Position numbers and translations under genes: made by a program
Notes under the pieces: generated by a model
The model's input: the letters and a program-made list of their open reading frames with translations, nothing else
Databases searched by the model: none
Told to the model about the DNA's origin: nothing
Part shown: positions 23,749 through 37,934 of the stretch, piece by piece
Position numbering within the stretch: the first letter of the stretch is position 1
How the letters are laid out: every line of letters begins with the position of its first letter
Source: Ptychomitrium polyphyllum
Taxonomy: Eukaryota
Length of the DNA stretch: 64,000 nucleotides
Direction of reading: 5' to 3'
Assembly: GCA_973851085.1 (NCBI GenBank)
Contig: OZ316775.1
Coordinates: 15,066,001 to 15,130,000 of the forward strand

Positions 23749-26545
23749 TCATTTGCTAGTCGAAGACGAGTCATCCACCATATCAGCCAAAGGTTTTCCC
23801 TGAGTCTCCACTGGAAAAAATATGACCGCTATTCCAGCAGCAATTGGCACTGCTGAGAAAAGTGAAACTGCCAATCCCTGTTGACAACTCTTCACTAAAT
23901 CCACTGCTACTAGTGGACACACAAGCCCGCCTACTCTAGCTATCGCGTTTGCAATACCTAGTCCTGTCGAACGGTTAGTTGTGGGGTACACCTGCGTGGA
24001 AGACAAGCAAACTTCATCAGCTAACTATAATCCAAGTCGTGTAGATTTTGACCAGCTTGACAAGGGAACAAAGAGGAAGCCACTGTTTGCACAAGCTTGC
24101 TGTACAGAAGCTAGGAGCAGACTCAACGGGAAAAAACAGCATGTCAATGTCTATGATGGGTGTTAGAAAGCTTATTGGAGAAAGCTCTGTACTTTAGACT
24201 TGTTGAAGTATAAAGTAGGACACTTAGAAATACCTCAGGTGCATAGATGTAGAGGACAGTGAAGGCTCCCATGATGCAAGCACGAGCACCAAATAGGAGG
24301 AATGTGGTGAGCTCTGTAGGCTGTACATGTACCAATGGCAAAAGAAAAGAGCCACATAATGTAAATAAAGCTGTCATAGAGCGCTTCCTGCCCCACCGAT
24401 CGACAATGTATGCTGCCACCGCCAGCCCTGGAACCTCTGTCACAGAGTCATCAAACACGTACTCTCAGAATAAGGTACCAAATAACATTGGACATCATTC
24501 ATTTGTGTTATTTTTGATTCAACAAGCGAAAAACTCTACTAGGGACTCTATTACTACTTTAACAATCTTCTGCCCAAAGTTCACCTAAATCTGTTTATTG
24601 TCCACACTTGAATGACTTGTTCCTTTTGCCGTAGCAACAGCATCCCACCAGAAAAGGAAGTATGTTGACACATTCTATAGTCCCAGTGCCCTCCAGACAG
24701 TCCAAGGAATATAGAGATAATTTTTCGGTAAAATACAGAGCCCTTTCATCTCCGCTCCAGAACAGTGTCTACCTAGTGATGTGCCTCTGAGATGACAACA
24801 TTCTATTATGATGCATGATGCAACAAGCTCTAAATCCGCTCAAGTAGTCTATCACAAGAAGTGCCAGATATTTAATAGAAGAAATGGGGTCACCAAAAAT
24901 CAAGACGAACAAAATACAATACTAGTATTTGCTGGAAAGCTGGTAACCAGAAGGCGACCTACCGCCAATGCTGGAAATAAAAACATTTCGATATTGCTGG
25001 TCACTGTCTGATGCTGCAGAGATTATATTAGCAGCTGCCTCAGGCCTGCAATTGGTATCTCCACCGCTTAATTGTGAAGTCAGCAACACAAGTCCGTAGT
25101 ACGTAAATGCATTGGCGAAGAAAACAGACCAAAGAAGAAGTGTGGATGAGAGCAGTGGTGGCGACAGAAGGGAGGTGAAATTGGAAAATACTTGATCTAA
25201 ACCCGAGGTAATGGTCTTCTTCGCAACATACAGATTTCCCCTGGTGTCGGAGTGTTCCAGAAGACTGGATTCATCAGGCGCTCTTGTACAAAGGACATCT
25301 CCCATTTCTACGTTCCCTACAGGAGATCCTTTATCGTCTGGGTCTCCAAGCAGCGGCTGTGTCTGTACTAATCTTCCTTGTGGAAGTGGCCTACAGTTCA
25401 CCTTCGCCATCTGTTGAAGAATCTTGAATGCTTTCTCTGTTTCCCCTTTGGCAGCTAAATACCGAGGACTTTCGGGTACAAAGGAGTAAAATAAGAGTAA
25501 GATTGCAAGCGGCAGCGACGATAGACCTAGAAGCCACCTCCAGCCCAAAGTAGGCATCACCGCCTGTACCCCGACAAAGCATTCCTCGTCAACCACAAGC
25601 ATTTTGTAACAAATTTACATCCTCATCTGAGTAGTTGCAGCCCTGTAATCACTCAATGATGTGAATTGTCACGTAAGAAAGTAAGATTGTTGCAAAACAC
25701 TACCAAATACTTGGAGCTGTGCATTAATTCTCAGGCAGCAGACTCCAATGATCTTTACAAGAACAAGTTCAAATATTAAAAGAGTGGCTAAATGGTTACA
25801 CGCGCAGATGAGGAGGGATGTTGGAATGGAGAAGACATACTCACCCATGCTAATGATGCTTCAACAATTGAACCCAAGGTCCAGAACAAGGAGATAATGA
25901 CCATCCAGAGGCCTCGATTGGCAGATGGTACGAACTCCATGAACCAGGCAGAGACGACAGGTCCCCCACCAAGCCCAACGCCAACCAATCCCCGAAGCAG
26001 CATGAGGGTGACATAATTCGGAGCCATTGCACTCAATAAGCCAGCAATGAAAGTCAAAACTGCAGTCGCAAAAAACCCAAATCTGCAAAGAAAGTAAATC
26101 AGACTAGCCATAACTAGGTGTTTTAGACACAATCAATTAAGGATTCGCGTTTTTCAAAAAAAATTCAAGACCATTCATAGCAGTGCCTTTTACAATTTAC
26201 AGCAAATAGCATGTGACTGAATACAAACATATATACTGATGTAGTCTTGAGTTCAGTTATTTACCGTCGACCCTTAGCATCAGAAAGAACACCCCAAGAG
26301 TATGCTCCAACCATCATGCCTCCAAATACTACACTGGCAATTAAGCTTTCTTCACGCCCCGTGAGGCTCCATTCACTTTGCACTGCTGGCCCAACAAAAG
26401 AGAGCAGCATCATCTCCATCGCTTCCGCTGTCCATGACATGCCAGCGTACGCCAGCAGCCATCCCTGGTAAGCTCCAAAACCAGCCTGCTTGATGGCGTC
26501 CTCAACCGTGAAAGTTTCACTGCCGCCTCTATCATTCTCTTCCAT
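23749..26545 (-). CDS. OCT7: Organic cation/carnitine transporter 7-like (SV2/SVOP-like MFS transporter), 5 coding exons; possible short N-terminal extension from an in-frame ATG at 26843
   Basis: Motifs FTVEDAIKQAGFG...AEAMEMMLLSFVGPAV, WGVLSDAKGRR, WFMEFVP, LGWRWLL...PESPRYL, VDRWGRK and YIYAPE|VYPT...R.TGLG, with GT-AG junctions. Confidence 0.92.
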
Positions 26546-28372
26546 CTGGGTGCTACTACCAATGCAAGAATCTGAAATTAGCTACTTGTAAATGCCTATC
26601 AGTTCTAAACTTCGAGTGCTATAACACACCATCACCTATTGGTTGGCTACGTCATGATCACAGACAAAAGAACACCGGACTGGCTGTTATCCATTCTCTT
26701 GAAGAAGAAGGGAGATGATGTGGTTTAGGAAAATATTCAATGGAGAACTTAAGAACAACTGTCGACCAAACAGCGACAACTGCGTCTCAGAGCCTCAAGA
26801 CTAAACAAAAGCACTCACCTTGCAATCGCAACTGGCAGTTCATTTGACAGTGGACGCTCCGAACTACAAAGAGGTCCTCGTTTGAACAAATCCCAGCCCA
26901 ATCTCCCTAAGCATCTCCTTCGTAGAATTGTACCATCAGCCTGGAAAAGGCTTCTGGAGTCGCCGAATTTCTGAGAGAAAGATTTCAAAGCTGTTCCAGG
27001 TCGAGAGGTTTGCCTGTGTGACCCGGCATGCTTAGGGGTCGAAATTTGTACTGAAATCAGAAAACTGGAAGAGGACTTGGAAAAATAGGCGGGCGAGCAT
27101 TCAGAAAGAGCATTGGTATTGACTCGATCTGGTTGCGTGAAACAGTAAATAGGGCTCATCAACCCACCCTTCATTACGAGAGTTTTTTGCAGAAACGTCC
27201 GTCAATGCTGATGTGACTGATCATCGAGGTCACGAATCGCTCTTTCCTTTGGCAATCGTGAGCTCAGAACTTCCTGAAATAAGAGCGAGTGTCAACTCCC
27301 GGATGTTCCCAAGTCCAACAATTGAATACATAGAAACAACCAATAAAAGAAAGGCACTCCAACATTATAAACAACCATCCGGTCGTCACTTGTGGTAATC
27401 AAACAGGAAGATATTCCTTCGAGTAACATACTGATGATAACAATCAAGCAAACCGAACACGTGACGACAAGTAATTGACTTTCGAATGGGTTAGCCATGC
27501 ATTAGGTTTTCTCGTCCTCAGTATGGATTTGGCACAAACAAGGTCGTTCAGCGACAATTGCCACACTTTTGTTTGCTTTCTCGCACGCTGAATGCAGGGC
27601 GAAAAATACTTAACTCTACAAATTCGTCCACTCCGGTGCCATTGAACTCCCTGCTCTTACTCTCTTCCAGCTTCTCTGCCCTCTATAACAGAAATGCGGC
27701 ATCTTTGTAACTCAAGAACCATTCCGAATCTCTGTCGTACTACCTACAACCCTTGGCAAAATTGTTATATACAAAACAAGGAGCAAGCTCCACTAGCGCC
27801 CACTAATCCCGAAGTATAGAAAAGCCCATAATACAAACCCTTTGTTCTCCATTAAGAAACTTCCAGTGCCAACCTATGCCCTCAATTCGCAAGAGCAAAA
27901 CACTCCTGTGTCCCGTCACTTAGAGAACCCGGCTCGCAAACGAACCCAGAACTCATCTCGTAACACCAAAGACAACAACGACATTGAGAAAAGCACGACA
28001 AAATGTATGAAAACGAAACGATGCACGAACCACGAGCAGTGAAGGAACTCAAATCCACTATCCATACCGCGATTCTCCGAGACGCCAGAACGCGTGACTG
28101 GACGTGGAGTTCAAGGCTTTCCGCAACTTCCCCTTCGACTCCACTCCCTCTCACGATGGTCTGCCACCACAACGAGCTTCACCACCAAGTGTGGCCACCT
28201 CCAAAGCCAAGTGCTTCTGCACAAAAAGTGGTGCAAAGTGCAGCCACAGCGCTGCAACCCAACGACGAGGTCACAAGTGGAGGCTGCAAATCACCAGGCA
28301 TCCATCGCCATTGCACTGCGCAAGCGATGAACGAAGGTCGCATCTTCCACATGGCAGATCCAGATCACGTCC

Positions 28373-28445
28373 ACGACCACCACCACCACCACCACCACCA
28401 CCACCGATGCTGCTGCAATGGCGATGGCGATGGCGATGGCGATGC
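28373..28445. repeat. (CAC)n and (GATGGC)n microsatellites
   Basis: About 9 CAC units at 28378-28404, then atggcgatggcgatggcgatggcgatg. Confidence 0.85.
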
Positions 28446-30289
28446 GATTGCATGGCGAGCCTTCGTTTCTGCTTTCGAAAGAATTCCCAAAGGCTCCTTC
28501 TTGCCATGCCATGCACGTGATGGGACGCATTCCAAAAATCGTCACCGTACCCAGAACCGTCATATTTTATTGTACAGCTACATCTCATTCCATCAAATCT
28601 ACCAAGGCGTCCATCTGTCGGTTTCTGGGGCAGCGACGGGTCGTCGCTGTTCAGTACACAAAGTCGATACTTTTCTACGTTTTTTGCAGATTTAGCGGAG
28701 TGAGATGAACATTTTAATAGATGATGCCGGTTTTGGGTTGAGTGACGGTTTTGGTGTACCTATGGCAGATCTGATTAAGGTTCACTTGCATCATTTGGAG
28801 AGCTTTAAGAGTTTCATTTCGGAGTGTTGTGTTATAGTTTAAATCTTCAATTCTTTGATGGAGGTAAGGTTTAAGTTACTTGGAATTTGTTCGATACCAA
28901 AAGCCTTTACATGCGTTATAATCTTGAACCATTGTAAGGTCAACTTTTGACTATAGGAAATGAGTTGTTATTGAAGCGCAATTGATTATTTCTATTCTAT
29001 GGAGTCATTCATTTATTCTTTTCTAAGAGGTGTCCTCGAATTCGTCCCACATTGAAGGTCATATGTAAGCTTCTAATAAGTTTCTAATCACTACCAAAGT
29101 TCATGTTACAAATTTTAACCCCGTTTACAAAAAATTCATGAAAAAGATTCCTAAATGGAAGACCGCCAATGAACTTGAGAATGTTTAAAATGAGAAGTCA
29201 CCAACACAGGAGATAGTTGATCCAAGTGGAACAATTCAGTAATGTTGGTAATCCAGATGTAAAAATTATCTCAATCATGCACCTGTATGATAGTCCCATT
29301 ATCCACTACAAGTCCAAGTTGATTGGCTCCAAAACGTCGTTCACTGCAGAAAGAGATGGTGATGCCACATTGACAGGGCTCGGTTCAAAGTCGTCGCAAA
29401 AAATTAGTTAAAACTGAATGGAGACCTACAGCTAGAGCAAGAGGTGATCCTCGCCTAGTATCATGCAGAACAGAGTTGCCACTTGGGCAAGGTTCTCTGC
29501 ATGTGGCCTTAAATGTGTATCAGTTCAATGAAAAGCAGCTCACCAGTTCAAACATTCATCGTCTTAGACTGGAAGGCCGCCCACTCTAATTCTGTCATGC
29601 TGTGACGGACAACAAGTTCATTAGACTCCGTGCGCATTAGTAAATCCTGCAAAGAGTTGTTTACAAGCAATTCCATTTTTTTGGTCTATACTTACTGATG
29701 CATCATTGCAAGTAGTACTGAATAATCCGCCTCTTGAGTAGTCAACCTTATGTCAATCACATTATAAATTCCAATTACACCTTATCCGTAATTGCAATTA
29801 GACCTTCATGCACAGCAGCGTGACAAGTATATCCATTATGCTGCACAAACAAATCTAAATACATTGAGCTACAGAAATCAGACCTTGACAGAAACAAGTG
29901 TCGCAAAACTGCCCATGTCACGTCGACAGAAGATACACTTTATACTTGTCATCGATGCATGCAAGTCCTGTGCTGAGTAATTTCGTGGCCAATCTTGGGA
30001 ATTCGGAATGTACAAGCATGGTCACCACTTGACACATGTGGGACTCTTATCGTCACATTGGCACCTCAATGCATGCAGCTTCTCTTGCACCAGTAAGATC
30101 ACAAACATCAAGATAGCGAAAAAGAACGGTAGGATCACAACATAGTTTGGTATATATACACTCTGTTCCTGCAAAGGATTTCATTGTAAGGATCGTATAC
30201 AATTAGCAGCTACATTTGGGTCGTTGATAACATCAAGTCGTATAGTTCGATCGTTTTTGAGTTTACTTGCTTGCTCTACTATTGTCACC

Positions 30290-31306
30290 ATGGCTGCAAC
30301 ATCAGCGATGTTCACGCTCTCTGGATCGGCTGTGGCTGCTCCTACCAACCGCCTCTCATCAAGTGCGGCGTTTGGATCATCCGGAGTGCAGCAGTTGTGC
30401 GCTGTGCGACCATGCGCGAAGGCTACTAAGATTGTGGCTCCTAGAGCTGGCTTAAATGATGATGTAAGTATATTGCAGCATGCAGCATTCACCATAGCCG
30501 AGAGTGTTTGTGTTCAATGTACGTTGATCCTAATCCTGGCGTTTGCTTGGAACTCTTCGTAGTTAGTCCACAGGCATTGGTGCAGAAATCAACTACAGCG
30601 CCATACATATGATCGACGCCATTGGCATTCTAAACTTGGTGTTATTTGATCCACGGCTATGGCTTAATCCACAAATCTAATGCCTTCTGTAACAATTGTT
30701 GGTAACGCGAAAACTTTTGACGAGTGTGCCATTGGGATTCTAAACTGCAAGTTTGTGATCTGACAGGAGCGAAACTCAACGAAGCCACAGATGCTTGTAG
30801 CGCTTGTGGCAGCGGGAGCAGCATTGGCATTGACCGCTACACCTATCTCACCCGCGCACGCAGGACTCTTTGGCGGGGGTGATGCGAAGGTTGAGCGCGG
30901 TGCCACATCGAACTTTCCCAGCAGCGAAGGAACGGGAACCAAGGTTGGTAACAATTCCGACGTGAGGGGCAGTTCCGGCACTCCGTTCCGCGAGGGCGCA
31001 GGTAACATTGTTGGTGAGAACTCGGCAACCAGGGGAGCTTCCTCCACTGGTACTCCGTTGGGAGAGGGTAGCTCGAGCGGATCCGGTGTCGGAATTCCAA
31101 GTGTGGGGGTTCCAAATGTCGGCGGTGTGGCCGAGAAGGTCTCGGGCGCCGTGCAAGGTGGCCTTCCAAGCATTAGCAACCCTTTCGACAAGGCACCTTC
31201 AACTCCTTCAGCACCTGATGTCGAAGGCGCTGCCTCTAAAGCCGGGGACGCCGCATCGTCTGTTGCTGGAGTGTTGAAGGATAAGCTTCCGGGTGGAGTT
31301 AACTAA
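30290..31306 (+). CDS. Gly/Ser/Ala-rich low-complexity protein with chloroplast transit peptide plus thylakoid-lumen-type signal, 2 exons (30290-30463, 30767-31306), 237 aa
   Basis: MAATSAMFTLSGS... transit peptide; phase-0 GT-AG intron; hydrophobic MLVALVAAGAALALTATPISP ending in AHA|GLFG (AxA cleavage site); TATA-like tatatata at ~30151. Confidence 0.8.
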
Positions 31307-32431
31307 ATTCTAGGTGTGCATGATGATGGAACTCCGTCTGGTGAATGTGAACTTTGGTCGTGAGATTCCTGTGAGATTATGTACATGATGTCGTCTTAGA
31401 ATTGATTTGCTGAAAGTGTGTGGGGCATTGGTGTGTACATGTGAGTTGCCAGGCTCTCATCCTCTAGTTGCAGGATGTTATATATGAACCTTGAAGTAAA
31501 GTTCATGTCACATGATGTTTTCTGTTACATTTCTGCATCTTCGATTGTGTCTTCTGATGATTTCTGTGAATATATATAAGGAAGGAAAGTGACTATTAGG
31601 GCTTAGAGTAATACACTCAGTCCTCTTTATTGTCACTAGCTCGGGACTCAAGACATCCACTATGACATGGTTCAATTTTCAACTAAGTTGGAATGTTTAC
31701 ACCCTTTCTGATGTTCTTTGAATCTAAGGATGTAAATTACAGAATTTGACAGAAAGGGAGTTTGAGTGTATCTCCAAATCTTCGCTTTGAGAATGAAATA
31801 TAAATACTGCTTTCGTTTACTGTACGTAATGGTTCTTTGCAAGTGTACATATCTACGAATCGGTACATTGTACTTTTCTACTTTGTAAGATAATTCAATC
31901 TCGTGAGTTTCAGGGCCTGTATCTTAAGTATACAAATATCGTCATGTACTATTTCAAATAAGCAATATCTGTAAACCGACTAAGGAGAGGAGAAAAGTAT
32001 TTCACACGAAAAAGACAGTAACATCTTTAGTACGACCAAACCGACAGTCCACTACAAATACTTAAATTATCTATTTTACTTTTAATTCATTCAATCTATT
32101 CAACTGCAACCATCTTCCCAGCAAGAAATTCGGATGAGTAGCTGCTAACGCAGAGAATTTACAACTATACTTACTCTAGAACGAGTTACAGCTACTAGAC
32201 TATGTCACACTGGTTTCATTGATTATTTTTAACACTAGTGTACAGACAGCTTCGAAGTACGCCTGAGAACATTTCCAAGAGGGAAAAGGGGATTTTTACA
32301 CTGTCTCTATAAGATAATTGCCGCTGAGGGAGGTGCTACAGACAAGAAAAGTCTTCCACTGGAGATGTCTCCACGGCTCCGTGTACTTTGAGTAGTCGCT
32401 ACACATCGTAAATCGAAAGTCCCCTACTAAA

Positions 32432-35400
32432 CTACGAGTTATTCAATAATTTCCAGACGCTCTGAAAAAAAACAACTCCGAGGTAGATTTGGAGGGATGT
32501 AGGGAGGCTTAGAACACAGGTAGCCCCATGTGGTGTAGATAGGAATCCAGCTAATAATCTCTCCAAGCCGAATGCTACATCATTGGAAGGTCCACTTTCA
32601 ACCAAGGAAAGGTATATAAAAACGAAAGAATGTACAAGGTTGATGAAATTGTCATCACCAACTGTTGCTAAAAGATCCCGCACAGCATGCTCCTGAGATC
32701 GATCAATATCTACCTCATACTGTGTAATGAGCTGGGCACGACCTGGCCATTGAAAACCAGCAAACCGAATGTCTAAAATTCTAGCTTGCGCTTCTGCAAA
32801 GTTAGAAGCATCAAGTGCTGAATAATGCAAATTTGATGTCACTAGCATGAGTCTTTCATCACCACCGCCTGGACCAAATGCAAGAACAGTAAATAAATTA
32901 AAACAATCAACATCTTAAAGCTTGGTCCACATTAGAGATCAAATTATAATTCAGAAGCAAAAGCAGAGTAATCATGAAATTTTACAGCTAAACAAAATTA
33001 AATACCTACAATACCCAGGATTTGTAGCTGAGTGGTACCTGAAGCATCACCAGTAGTTGTCTGTTCTTGACCATAATCCGAACTTGCCTAGGAGCTTAAA
33101 CTTGAACCAAACACAGAAGATGCTGTACTTGCAGCTGAAGATGCCATAGCATTACTTCCGCACAAACTAGGGCCATTACCAGTAGACGCAGGAGTCAAAG
33201 TTGCTCGTTCTGAAGAAGGTGACGATGATAGCATTTTGCCGAAGTTAAAGATACTTATTTTACTGTTTGAAGCTGAGGTCATCACTTGAGCTGGTGAGCT
33301 CCTTGGAATAGGAGTATTAGTTCCATTGTTGAATATACCTGCAAAGGCTGCAGAAAAGAATCAGATTGTGCTGGACAGTTGACTTAACCACGTGAAATAG
33401 AAAGTGCTTACACTTAAATGGTACTGCAAAAATAATAATTGAACGCAGCAACTCCATATCCATTAGCATTTTAGGCACATCTACTTGTACATGAGTAGAC
33501 TAAGATAACTAAGTCCAGATAACAAAGGTATAGTAGCTAGAATCCTGATATCTAAGCTGCTCGGAAGGCTGCGAAAAGTGTATTTCAAAAATGAAGTCTA
33601 AAATGCAAGTTTAAAATGCAACAAATAAAACTGAATGCAAAACACATCATATCAAGTTCAGCTACTGCAGCAGGAGCACCGATGTTCGCCAGCGTGAACG
33701 CGGTAGATGTAAATGTCGTGATGGCAGAAGGCGGAGTGGAGATTTCAGCACCAGTTGATTGAGCTGGATCCATTGAGATTGACTGGGACGTCTCAATTGT
33801 AGACACCTCACTGCCAAGGTAGTCAGTTTCAAACAGAAATTTCAGAACTCCGCTACATGTTGACGATTGAGGTTTAACAATCCATACTGACACATGTTCT
33901 TAAGATCCAATTGGACTAATAACAGTGTTATTCCCAAACAATAGAAGTTTACCTTGGTGAAGAGTCTGGTTTTGTATCGAGCTTATGACTAGACTTCATT
34001 TCCCTACTGTGTACATTATCAGCAACTCCTGTCCCAATTGAGGGCAATCTAAACGTGCTGTCAACCGCAGCACCTGTGTTCAGCCAGGCCATTTACTGCA
34101 GGAGCAGTATCGGATGCAGATGGAAAGGTGTTTGGTTTTGGTAAAGGCTCCAGAGCAGTACCAATAAGATTGGACGACGGAAAAGCAAAACCTCCTGAAG
34201 CTACGGATGGATTGTTATGGAAATAACCAGCTCCAAAAGCATTTTTCTCCGAGAGGCATGAGGATTTCCTTGTAACACTTGTCGTAGCACCAGCACCTAC
34301 ACTATCTTCATAAATCTCCTGTAAAACAATACAAAAAAGCAAGAATTGTTTCACTCCATTCGCAAGCAAATATCGTGAAGGATGTCAACCTGATTAACTA
34401 AACGAAGACTGTTGTCTTTCGACATGGTGAGTGTAGCTTCGAACAAAATACATAAATATGCTAGACTCTAAATACCTTAAGCCGTCAGCGCAAACTGTAG
34501 CGCATCCAAATTAAAACTATATGGCTTGATATGAACTGAATACAACTCTCCGATTGGAATAACAAGCAACGGGTCACTCACATCAACATCAGTATTGATT
34601 AGAAATCCTTTATCCCTTTCAACAGCCGGGCTCGGGTTTGCCAAGCAAGACTGTGATACCTTCAACCTAGCTGTGTCCTGGAAAGAGAGCGGTGGATTAT
34701 CTGCAAACAAACGCCCGCATCAGAGTACGATCATCAATAGTAAATTAGCTGCTGATATACACCTGAACATTTTGTTACCTGACATCGACTAGTTAAGCCC
34801 ACCACATACCATCAACTCCAACAGAACACCTACGACAGTGCTTTAGTCAGCCATCACAAAAAACATCAATCTTACTTGCATCCTTCTCTTCGGAAGCGTG
34901 TGGTAAGGTAGGAGCTGACGCTCTTCCTTTGCCTCTAGCCTTCGAGCTCTGTTCAGTTCCTTTCCAGGAGAACTCAGCAGCAGACAATAGGATACTCTCT
35001 AGATCCCGACCCACTTCTGAAGGTCCACCTTCATCCAAATCTAGAGATCCTGCAAAATCCCAAAACTGCAAAAGACAAAACCAGATAAGATAATTTGTAA
35101 AATTAAAGAATCAATGTAACATGATAACATGAGACTGGCACCTGGTACAAACACTGATCACAGCTGATATACATACACGGATATGTTGATTATTTTGGTA
35201 GTTTCTCGCAATTTTGCCAGCTCCGACTGTACACATGTGGTATAGTTTGGCAATCCTGAAGCTGCTATAACTCCATGACTCCATAAATAAAACCAAGGGA
35301 ACTGGAACTGGTCTAGAGGCACTATACCTGGAGAGTCTGGCATGCCTTATCATTTATCATACTTGCAGTCAGCTCTGTAGGTGGACTCTCCCTGACCAAT

Positions 35401-37664
35401 GCCAATTCTGTGTCCAAGAATCTCTCGTTCAGAGATGGTGTAATCACGTCCAAAGCTTCTAAAATCTTGCAAAATGTTGCACTTTCTCTTTCAGATAAAG
35501 ATACATTTGTTCTGATTTTTGACCCCCTGGTTTCCACCTTCTGTTGTCGAGCATTGATCGCATTACATTTCTCCTGATACAGCCGAACAAATTCTACTCG
35601 TGACACTGTCTTCAAAACGATGTCGTAATGAAAGTAACAATTGTCGCGTATATGTATAGAAGGTCTTAAATCAAAAGCTTTTTTGTTGAATTCATAGCAT
35701 TGCTCGTAGTCATCGCATGCACTTGACGGCAACATTTAATTAAAGCCCTCACCTCTGTGTCAACATTTTGTCTCCACATAGTAATTGGTTTCTGTTTGAC
35801 CTCGATAGGCGACGGTGATATCCTTTGGAGAAGAGGATACATACCCAAGCCTCCTTTCCTTTTCAGTCCGCTGGTTGCCGGACTTGGTGTATATAAGAAT
35901 GACCTGGGCCTCAACCGGCAAATAGGCCCACCCAAATAATACCCACCATCCTCTAGAACTGCATATCCTCTCTTTTTCGACCACTACAAAACAGACCAGT
36001 AACTTTGTTATTGCATGCCGACTGAAGACTTTATTCCAAGGCCTTTAGCAGTCCTGTAACCAGCAATGAGCATGACGAATCCACCAAACATTTTTGCAAC
36101 AACAGCTAAATAATGTGTAACAGTAGTAATCTAGCAACAGTAGTAGATTAGCAACAGTAGTAGATTTGTACCACCGTTGTAAGGATTACCCGAGCTGGTG
36201 TATCCACCCCCGTAACTTTCTCTTTCATGTAAGCTTTTGGGACATCCACTGCCCCCTGCCTCCGCCTAAGTGCATCGGAAAGCTGCCCATTGCTTGGAGC
36301 GGACTTGAACGCAGGAACTTGGTTAACAGGTAGAGTTCTTTGTTGTTCTGAGTTTACTTTATCAACTTGTTCCTTTGCAGTTCCGTTCCCCTTTAAATAC
36401 GATCTTAAGTTTTCTATCAGCCGGTCAGCTTCTTCCCTGTCAAAGTAATGAATATTGTCTTAAACCCAGAAAAATCATATATAAACTAGTGTTATCGTCT
36501 AGATGGTTCATTTTGGACGTGATACCTCAGGCCTGAACGCTCAGACTGGGTTTCAATAGGCTTTCAATTTAAATCACAGGTTTAGCCGGTCAGAGGCACT
36601 AGGAAACACATATCTGAATCTAACACCTGTAATAGAAGCCAATGGCAACGGAAACAACGCACCTTGCGAATGTCCTATTCATCCAACATTCGACCACTAT
36701 GCTGATCTCCAGCTTCCACAGACAGCTGCAGACATTAGCGCCTGCAGCAAAAATATCAATTAGCTATACATGCGATTTTTGATGAATCCGCTGAGCACCT
36801 TGCTAACCCATTCCCACACCTCATCTGGTCTTACTATTATTAATAAGAAGAAGAAAAATCATCACATTAGCGGAGGAGCTTGCGGTTGTCAGAGAGCAAT
36901 TGTTTTGAAAACCACATTGATATGAGATATACAAAGTTTGAAGAATACTCGAGGTTCAACGTCATGTGAAAATACGAAATGCTTACAGCTTCAGCAGCTG
37001 ACGGCGACAACATATCCATCCGTACTTCATTACTATCCACTGCAAACAACATAAATTGGTGCACCAGGAACTTGAGTCAAAATTTGCCGAACAGTCAAAA
37101 AGATTCTCAAAGCAATCAATTTGAAAAGAAAATATTCCACCAGCGCTCTCCGAACAAAGAGCCATATACAGAGACAATCACCACTAAAAGTAGAAAAAAC
37201 TTGAACAAAGTGTTTATAACAAGCTGAGAATCGTAATCACACACTCCCTTAGCATTAAGAGCTTCAGAACCAGCACATTGTGTACCTCCGCACCAGAATT
37301 TATCCAGTCCCTAAACCGCCCTACGACGCGCACCTTACAGACGCATCACAACCTCACCTACAGGTTTCTCCGCCAACCAAAGGACCGGCATCCCGCCATC
37401 TGCAGGACGCTTGAGAATCGAAGAACACAGATATGATACACTCGTATTGACAATCCTAGACGCACTTCCGAGCATCCTCTGCCCCACCCATCCGTTCCGA
37501 TTGGCTCCCTCCGCCACCAGCTGCCCAGCCGATGCTTGCCGCCCCAATGCCGGCCGCTCAAACGGCGTCCCATTCCGCCTCCGCCTCGGAGCTCGCATGG
37601 ACTGTGACTTCCCGCCCCTCCCGCCCCCATCGTCCCCACTCTGCAAGCGAGAATGAATAGCCAT
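32432..37664 (-). pseudogene. NUP1: NUP1/NUP136 (nuclear basket nucleoporin)-like gene with apparent frameshifts and an in-frame stop
   Basis: NUP1-type motifs appear in order: GGRGGK...RRRNGTPFERP...GW...ASRIV, TFAREEADRLIENLRS, VPKAYM, KKRGYAVLED...GGPICRLR, ESATFCKILEALD, then IFNFG and SVFGSS. In-frame TAG at 33088-33090; phase breaks near 36700 and 34090. Confidence 0.7.
36118..36166. repeat. ~17-bp tandem repeat (tagcaacagtagtagat) x2-3 in an intron
   Basis: aacagtagtaatc tagcaacagtagtagat tagcaacagtagtagat. Confidence 0.8.
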
Positions 37665-37902
37665 CCCGCCACACTCCCACCCCCACACTACAGCATACAA
37701 AACTCACGTCAAAACACAACGCCAATGTAGACCTCTCGATCCTGGCCGCACTAGTGAAGCATGACCATTCCCGCTAGCCTCAATCCAACTTCAGAAGCAT
37801 CCGCCTTTCCCTTGCGTCTACACACCCTGCTCTTGCTCGTCGCCATCCAATCTCTCAAGCTCAACTCTTCATCCCACCTCCTACTAGAGAGACGGCAGAG
37901 CA

Positions 37903-37934
37903 AGATGGCGATGGCGATGGCGATGGCGATGGCG
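37903..37934. repeat. (GATGGC)5 microsatellite upstream of the NUP1-like gene
   Basis: agatggcgatggcgatggcgatggcgatggcg. Confidence 0.85.

Noticed and set aside
26815..27174. 119-aa ORF upstream of OCT7 as a long uORF
   Set aside because: An acceptor at ~26864 and a donor at 26818 define a short exon with an in-frame ATG (26843), so most of the ORF is probably intronic.
28003..28695. 230-aa His-rich ORF
   Set aside because: The His and GD runs come from (CAC)n and (GATGGC)n microsatellites in the probable OCT7 leader; no domain signal.
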